A DNA stretch of 64,000 nucleotides from Planctomycetota bacterium (GTDB lineage: Bacteria; Planctomycetota; UBA1135): contig JASFYO010000007.1 in assembly GCA_045047305.1 (NCBI GenBank), positions 31,301 to 95,300 on the forward strand, written 5' to 3'. Below are positions 60,442 to 64,000 of this stretch, piece by piece. The first letter of the stretch is position 1. Each line of letters begins with the position of its first letter. The translations under genes and the position numbers were made by a program. The notes beneath the pieces were generated by a model. The model worked only from the letters and a program-made list of their open reading frames with translations. It was not told the origin of the DNA and ran no database searches.

Positions 60442-60747
60442 ATGACCAAACGTAAACGACGCACTTTCACCCCTGAGCAAAAAGCTCAGGCCCTCCGCCT
60501 AGCCGAAGAGCTAGGCAATGTCTCCCAGGCATCTCGAGATCTCGGCATGCCCCCTGAATTGATTTACCGCTGGCGCAAGCAAGCTGAGATTGATGCCGGG
60601 CGTGGTCCATCCGAAGCTTTGACCACGGATGAGAAGAAGGAGCTCACGAAGCTGAGGAGGGAAGTCAAAACCCTCCGAATGGAGCGTGACTTTTTAAAAA
60701 AAGCGACCGCATACTTCGCAAAGGAGAGCGATCTTCCTACCAAGTGA
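60442..60747 (+). CDS. IS3 transposase OrfA (HTH)
   Basis: RRTFTPEQK...LIYRWRK...LRMERDFLKKA. Confidence 0.9.
   Translation: MTKRKRRTFTPEQKAQALRLAEELGNVSQASRDLGMPPELIYRWRKQAEIDAGRGPSEALTTDEKKELTKLRREVKTLRMERDFLKKATAYFAKESDLPTK
60696..60703 (+). other. -1 programmed ribosomal frameshift site (A7G) fusing OrfA and OrfB
   Basis: TTA AAA AAA GCG in the orfA frame; the -1 frame is open from here into orfB. Confidence 0.8.
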
Positions 60748-61607
60748 TGGAAGCTGAAATGAACAACTTCTCAGTCCGCTTGATGTGCAAGACTCTGGAG
60801 CTAAGCCCCAGTGGATTTTATGCGTGGCTAAAACGTGGGTGCAATCCTCCGAGAGTCAGCCGGGATAAGAAGGTCCTTTCAGAGATTCGATTGATTCACT
60901 CTGAAGTCCGCCAAACCTACGGATCACCTCGTATGACTGATGAAATGCAGGCTAGAGGCCATGCGATCAATCACAAGCGTATTGAACGCATCATGCAGGA
61001 GAACGGCATCCAAGGCATTCCAGCGCGCAAATTCAAAGTCACCACGGACTCGAAACATCGTTTCCCATTGGCTGAAAACAAGCTGAAGCAACGCTTTGAT
61101 GTGAAGGCTCCAAACAAAGTGTGGGCTTCAGACATCACCTATATTTCCACCAGCGAAGGCTGGATGTATTTGGCGGTGGTGATGGACCTTTACTCACGCA
61201 GGATCATTGGCTGGTCGATGGACAAGCACATGGAAACGAGCCTGATTTCCAGTGCCTTGAACATGGCCCTTGGAATGCGTGAACTTGGAGATGGAATGAT
61301 GCACCACTCGGATCGTGGTGTGCAGTATTGCAGCAATGCTTACCGAGCTTTGCTGGAGAAGAATGGAATAGCAATCAGCATGAGCCGTAGGGCTTGTTGC
61401 TGGGATAACGCGGTGGTGGAGAGTTTCTTTGGCACACTGAAGCAAGAGCTTGTTTACCGCTGTCGCTTTGCCACACGGGCCTCGGCCCGTGTGGAGGTGG
61501 AAGACTACATTGAAGTCTTCTACAACCGAACCCGGCGCCACACTACGCTGGACTCTATGAGCCCAGCTAACTTTGAAGCCATGTACCCAAAAGGAAAAAC
61601 CGCCTAA
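60744..61607 (+). CDS. IS3 transposase OrfB (DDE/rve)
   Basis: YGSPRM, WASDITYI, DLYSRRIIGW, HSDRGVQY and DNAVVESFF. Confidence 0.93.
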   Translation: MMEAEMNNFSVRLMCKTLELSPSGFYAWLKRGCNPPRVSRDKKVLSEIRLIHSEVRQTYGSPRMTDEMQARGHAINHKRIERIMQENGIQGIPARKFKVTTDSKHRFPLAENKLKQRFDVKAPNKVWASDITYISTSEGWMYLAVVMDLYSRRIIGWSMDKHMETSLISSALNMALGMRELGDGMMHHSDRGVQYCSNAYRALLEKNGIAISMSRRACCWDNAVVESFFGTLKQELVYRCRFATRASARVEVEDYIEVFYNRTRRHTTLDSMSPANFEAMYPKGKTA

Positions 61608-61637
61608 ACTAAGTGTCCACTAAATGGGGGAAGCTCA

Positions 61638-62135
61638 AATGTGCGTTATGTTTCCCCTATCGTGATACCTGCGTTGCTTATTCTCGCACTTGGCGCCCTT
61701 TCCGGAGGCAATCCCATGCGCAAGAAGACGCTTACTGGGCTCGTCATTGCCGCCATGCTCTATGCGGATTTCAACCATCTCTTTGTAGAAGATTACACGA
61801 AATGGGATATCCAACGGGCTGCGGTGACGCTCCATGAAAAGGAAAAGAAAGGGGACTCCGCATTCATCGTTGATCACGGAAGTGTCTTTGAGCATTATTT
61901 CAAAGGAGACATGCCCTTCCGCAGCATCGACTTGGCGTATTCCGTTAGACGGGTCGAAGAACAACTCCGACAACAAGCCTTGCGCACGGAGGGGCGCCTG
62001 TGGCTTGTGGTTGGCCGTTGGCAACAACTCGACCCCGAAATGTGTGCGTTAGCCTATTGCCAAGCAAACTTCCAACCAACTTCCGAGCCAGTCGTTCACT
62101 ATGATTTAGTCGATATCTACTGCTTCCAACCCTAG
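61638..62135 (+). pseudogene. GT-C glycosyltransferase, probable 3' fragment
   Basis: Begins NVRY immediately after the IRR, then two TMs and a soluble tail (KWDIQRAA, RLWLVV). Confidence 0.65.
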
Positions 62136-62168
62136 CGTTAGACCTAATCGCGCAGTTATCCTTATCCC

Positions 62169-63077
62169 ATGCTTCCCCTTCTAAAGAGCCTGCGCCCACG
62201 CCAATGGAGCAAGAATGTGGTTATTTTCGCAGGACTCGCATTTAGCGGCACTGCAACCGATCAGGGTTTAGTCCTCTCTGCGTTTACTGCCTTTGCGGCA
62301 TTCTGCCTTGGCTCAAGCGCAGTTTATTTGATGAACGATATTCTCGACAGAGACCGCGACCGATTACATCCCGTCAAACGCAATCGACCGATTGCCTCTG
62401 GGGCTATGTCCGTATCAACCGGGGTTCTCCTAGCAATAATTCTAACTGGGTTAAGCCTTTTCCTCTCTAGCCTCGTTGGAACAGCGATTTGGGCAATCGG
62501 GGGCTACTTCGTTCTCCAGGCTTTCTACACTCCGTGGTTGAAGCATGTGGTTTTACTAGATGTCTTCTCTATTGCAGCCGGTTTTTCACTACGCGTACTT
62601 GGTGGCGCTTGGGCCGTCGACGCTCCGCTTTCCCCTTGGTTAGTTGCCTGTACTGTGCAGCTTGCTTTGTTTCTCGCTCTATGTAAACGGCGCGCAGAGG
62701 CCGCTAATCTGTCACCAGAGAGCCTCGATGGGAAATCACTAACCGGTCAACGACCTATTTTGGCAGAGTATGCTGGACAAGGAACCGACATGATGGTCGG
62801 GGTAATGGCCGCCTCCACCTTGGTTACCTATACTCTTTACACTCTATTGCCAGCAAGCGTCTTGAATGCCGACAATCCTGACCTTGTTTCGCGTGCAGGT
62901 GAACCGGGAATGGTTTTCACCTTACCCTTCGTTTTCTATGGAGTCCTGCGATACCTGCATTTGGTGTATGGCAAAGGCGAGGGCGAACGCCCTGAACGAA
63001 TTGCCACCATGGATCCACCAATGATTATTACCGGACTTGGATTTGTAGCCGTGGCTGGTTTTGTAATTTACTTTTAG
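62169..63077 (+). CDS. UbiA-family decaprenyl-phosphate phosphoribosyltransferase-like protein
   Basis: LRPRQWSKN, YLMND..D...DRLHPVK.NRPIASG, LKH..LLDV, GF.LR and KRRAE. Confidence 0.88.
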   Translation: MLPLLKSLRPRQWSKNVVIFAGLAFSGTATDQGLVLSAFTAFAAFCLGSSAVYLMNDILDRDRDRLHPVKRNRPIASGAMSVSTGVLLAIILTGLSLFLSSLVGTAIWAIGGYFVLQAFYTPWLKHVVLLDVFSIAAGFSLRVLGGAWAVDAPLSPWLVACTVQLALFLALCKRRAEAANLSPESLDGKSLTGQRPILAEYAGQGTDMMVGVMAASTLVTYTLYTLLPASVLNADNPDLVSRAGEPGMVFTLPFVFYGVLRYLHLVYGKGEGERPERIATMDPPMIITGLGFVAVAGFVIYF

Positions 63078-63329
63078 TCTTTCTGCCAGTCGAAGTTTTT
63101 GAGCTGTTGCGGGACTTTGTCCTTCGACCACTGCCAAAGCAGAACCGCTGCGTTGCTATCAAGTAAGGAACGAAAGAATAAAAAGTGAAAAGTCCGCTAC
63201 TCAGTAAAACGTAATACGTGCGCCGAAGATTTACGTAACACCAATCTCAACGTATGCGAAACCCAATATCATTTTGCGGCATCCCTCGGTCACTTCATCG
63301 CTATTTTCTGCTTCCTAAATATACAAGGC

Positions 63330-63716
63330 TCAGGCGTCTACTTCGGAGTGAAGGGCTAATCTATTGCCTTCACTGTCACGAAAAAGCGCACGGAATCCAT
63401 GCGGCCCAATCGAGTGAACATCTTCCAACAACTCCCCGCCGCAGGCTTTTACTTTTTCCACCGATTCGCGAATGCGGCCGTGAACGTTTAAGTACATAAG
63501 AATTCCGCTATCGGAAGCTACCTCTCCGGGCTTCGGAACCAAACAGCCGCCGTTGCCCTGGTCGTGTGCCAAGACACCAAAGGTGACGCCTTCAAACTCG
63601 TGTACGGCAACCTCGATGGCCAAAACCTCTTGGTAAAATTGGACCGCACGATGCAAGTCTACTACTGGGATATCAAACCAAACGGCTCGATTATGGTCGC
63701 GATTGAAGTCACTCAT
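63330..63716 (-). CDS. VOC/glyoxalase-family protein
   Basis: WFDIPV.DL.RA..FY and HGFRALFRDSEGNRLALHS. Confidence 0.9.
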   Translation of the reverse strand: MSDFNRDHNRAVWFDIPVVDLHRAVQFYQEVLAIEVAVHEFEGVTFGVLAHDQGNGGCLVPKPGEVASDSGILMYLNVHGRIRESVEKVKACGGELLEDVHSIGPHGFRALFRDSEGNRLALHSEVDA

Positions 63717-63732
63717 GGGGCTTAGAGTCTAC

Positions 63733-63900
63733 TTAGCCTTTTGCTCCGAGAGACAAAATATCTCCTCCGCTTGGTCGCTGATAAACCTTTAAGCCAAATT
63801 CTGGAACCACGGCAATGAGGTGGTCGAAGATATCACCAATGATCGCTTCGTAGTGCGCCCATCTTTGTTCCGCGCAAAATACGTAAATCTCAATGGGCAC
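63733..63900 (-). pseudogene. C-terminal remnant of a YbdG/MscM-type mechanosensitive channel
   Basis: Hand translation VPIEIYVFCAEQRWAHYEAIIGDIFDHLIAVVPEFGLKVYQRPSG; the upstream in-frame sequence does not resemble MscS. Confidence 0.65.
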
Positions 63901-64000
63901 CCAGAGGTGGGTCGATAAGCGTTGCCAGTTCGAATCAGATTTTAGTTTACGTTTGAGGCCTTCGAGGCAGGTCTTGGTTGGTTGTTTCGTAGTCGTTACA

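Larger units (their letters stand above)
60383..61637 (+). mobile_element. IS3-family insertion sequence (1255 bp)
   Basis: IRL TGACCTTCCCCCCGAAAAGTGGACAC; IRR (reverse complement) TGAGCTTCCCCCATTTAGTGGACAC; TG...CA ends; orfA/orfB. Confidence 0.93.

Noticed and set aside
63078..63329. Small gene or ncRNA between the ubiA-like and VOC genes
   Set aside because: Only short frames without a credible start or motif, plus an 8-bp palindrome (TTACGTAA) expected by chance
63900..64000. Group II intron 3' end
   Set aside because: No domain V consensus (GAGCCG...GAAA...CACGTACGGTTC) is visible

Overview
Gene-dense bacterial window. A Planctomycetota-like origin is an inference from protein repertoire only. 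In order it contains: (1) an operon of a stripped-down NuoF-like flavoprotein, a selenocysteine formate dehydrogenase alpha subunit (in-frame UGA plus SECIS-like hairpin; the ORF track splits it in two) and an SLC13/TrkA-C anion transporter; (2) BtuF/BtuD/BtuC-like ABC genes separated by two tandem paralogous lipoproteins and gmhA; (3) a ~24 kb surface-glycan locus (pglF-like, wecA-like, GSCFA, wzm/wzt, three sulfotransferase-fold proteins, a sulfatase-fold membrane enzyme, fnlABC/wbuB, MurJ-like, ligase/Wzy-like, pglC/pglE-like, a methyltransferase); (4) phoBR-pstSCAB-phoU with visible 11-bp-period Pho-box repeats; (5) a ZrgBCD-like ABC/DUF3299 operon extended by an aldolase and a FIST protein; (6) a HAD-ECH fusion, a MacAB-like exporter and pdxH; (7) an IS3 element splitting a GT-C gene, followed by a DPPR-synthase-like gene, a VOC gene and a truncated mscS tail. 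Many first genes of transcription units have a TANNNT hexamer 6-7 nt before the start codon, suggesting widespread leaderless transcription. No rRNA, tRNA or CRISPR array was seen. All family calls come from motif recognition by eye, not from database searches.
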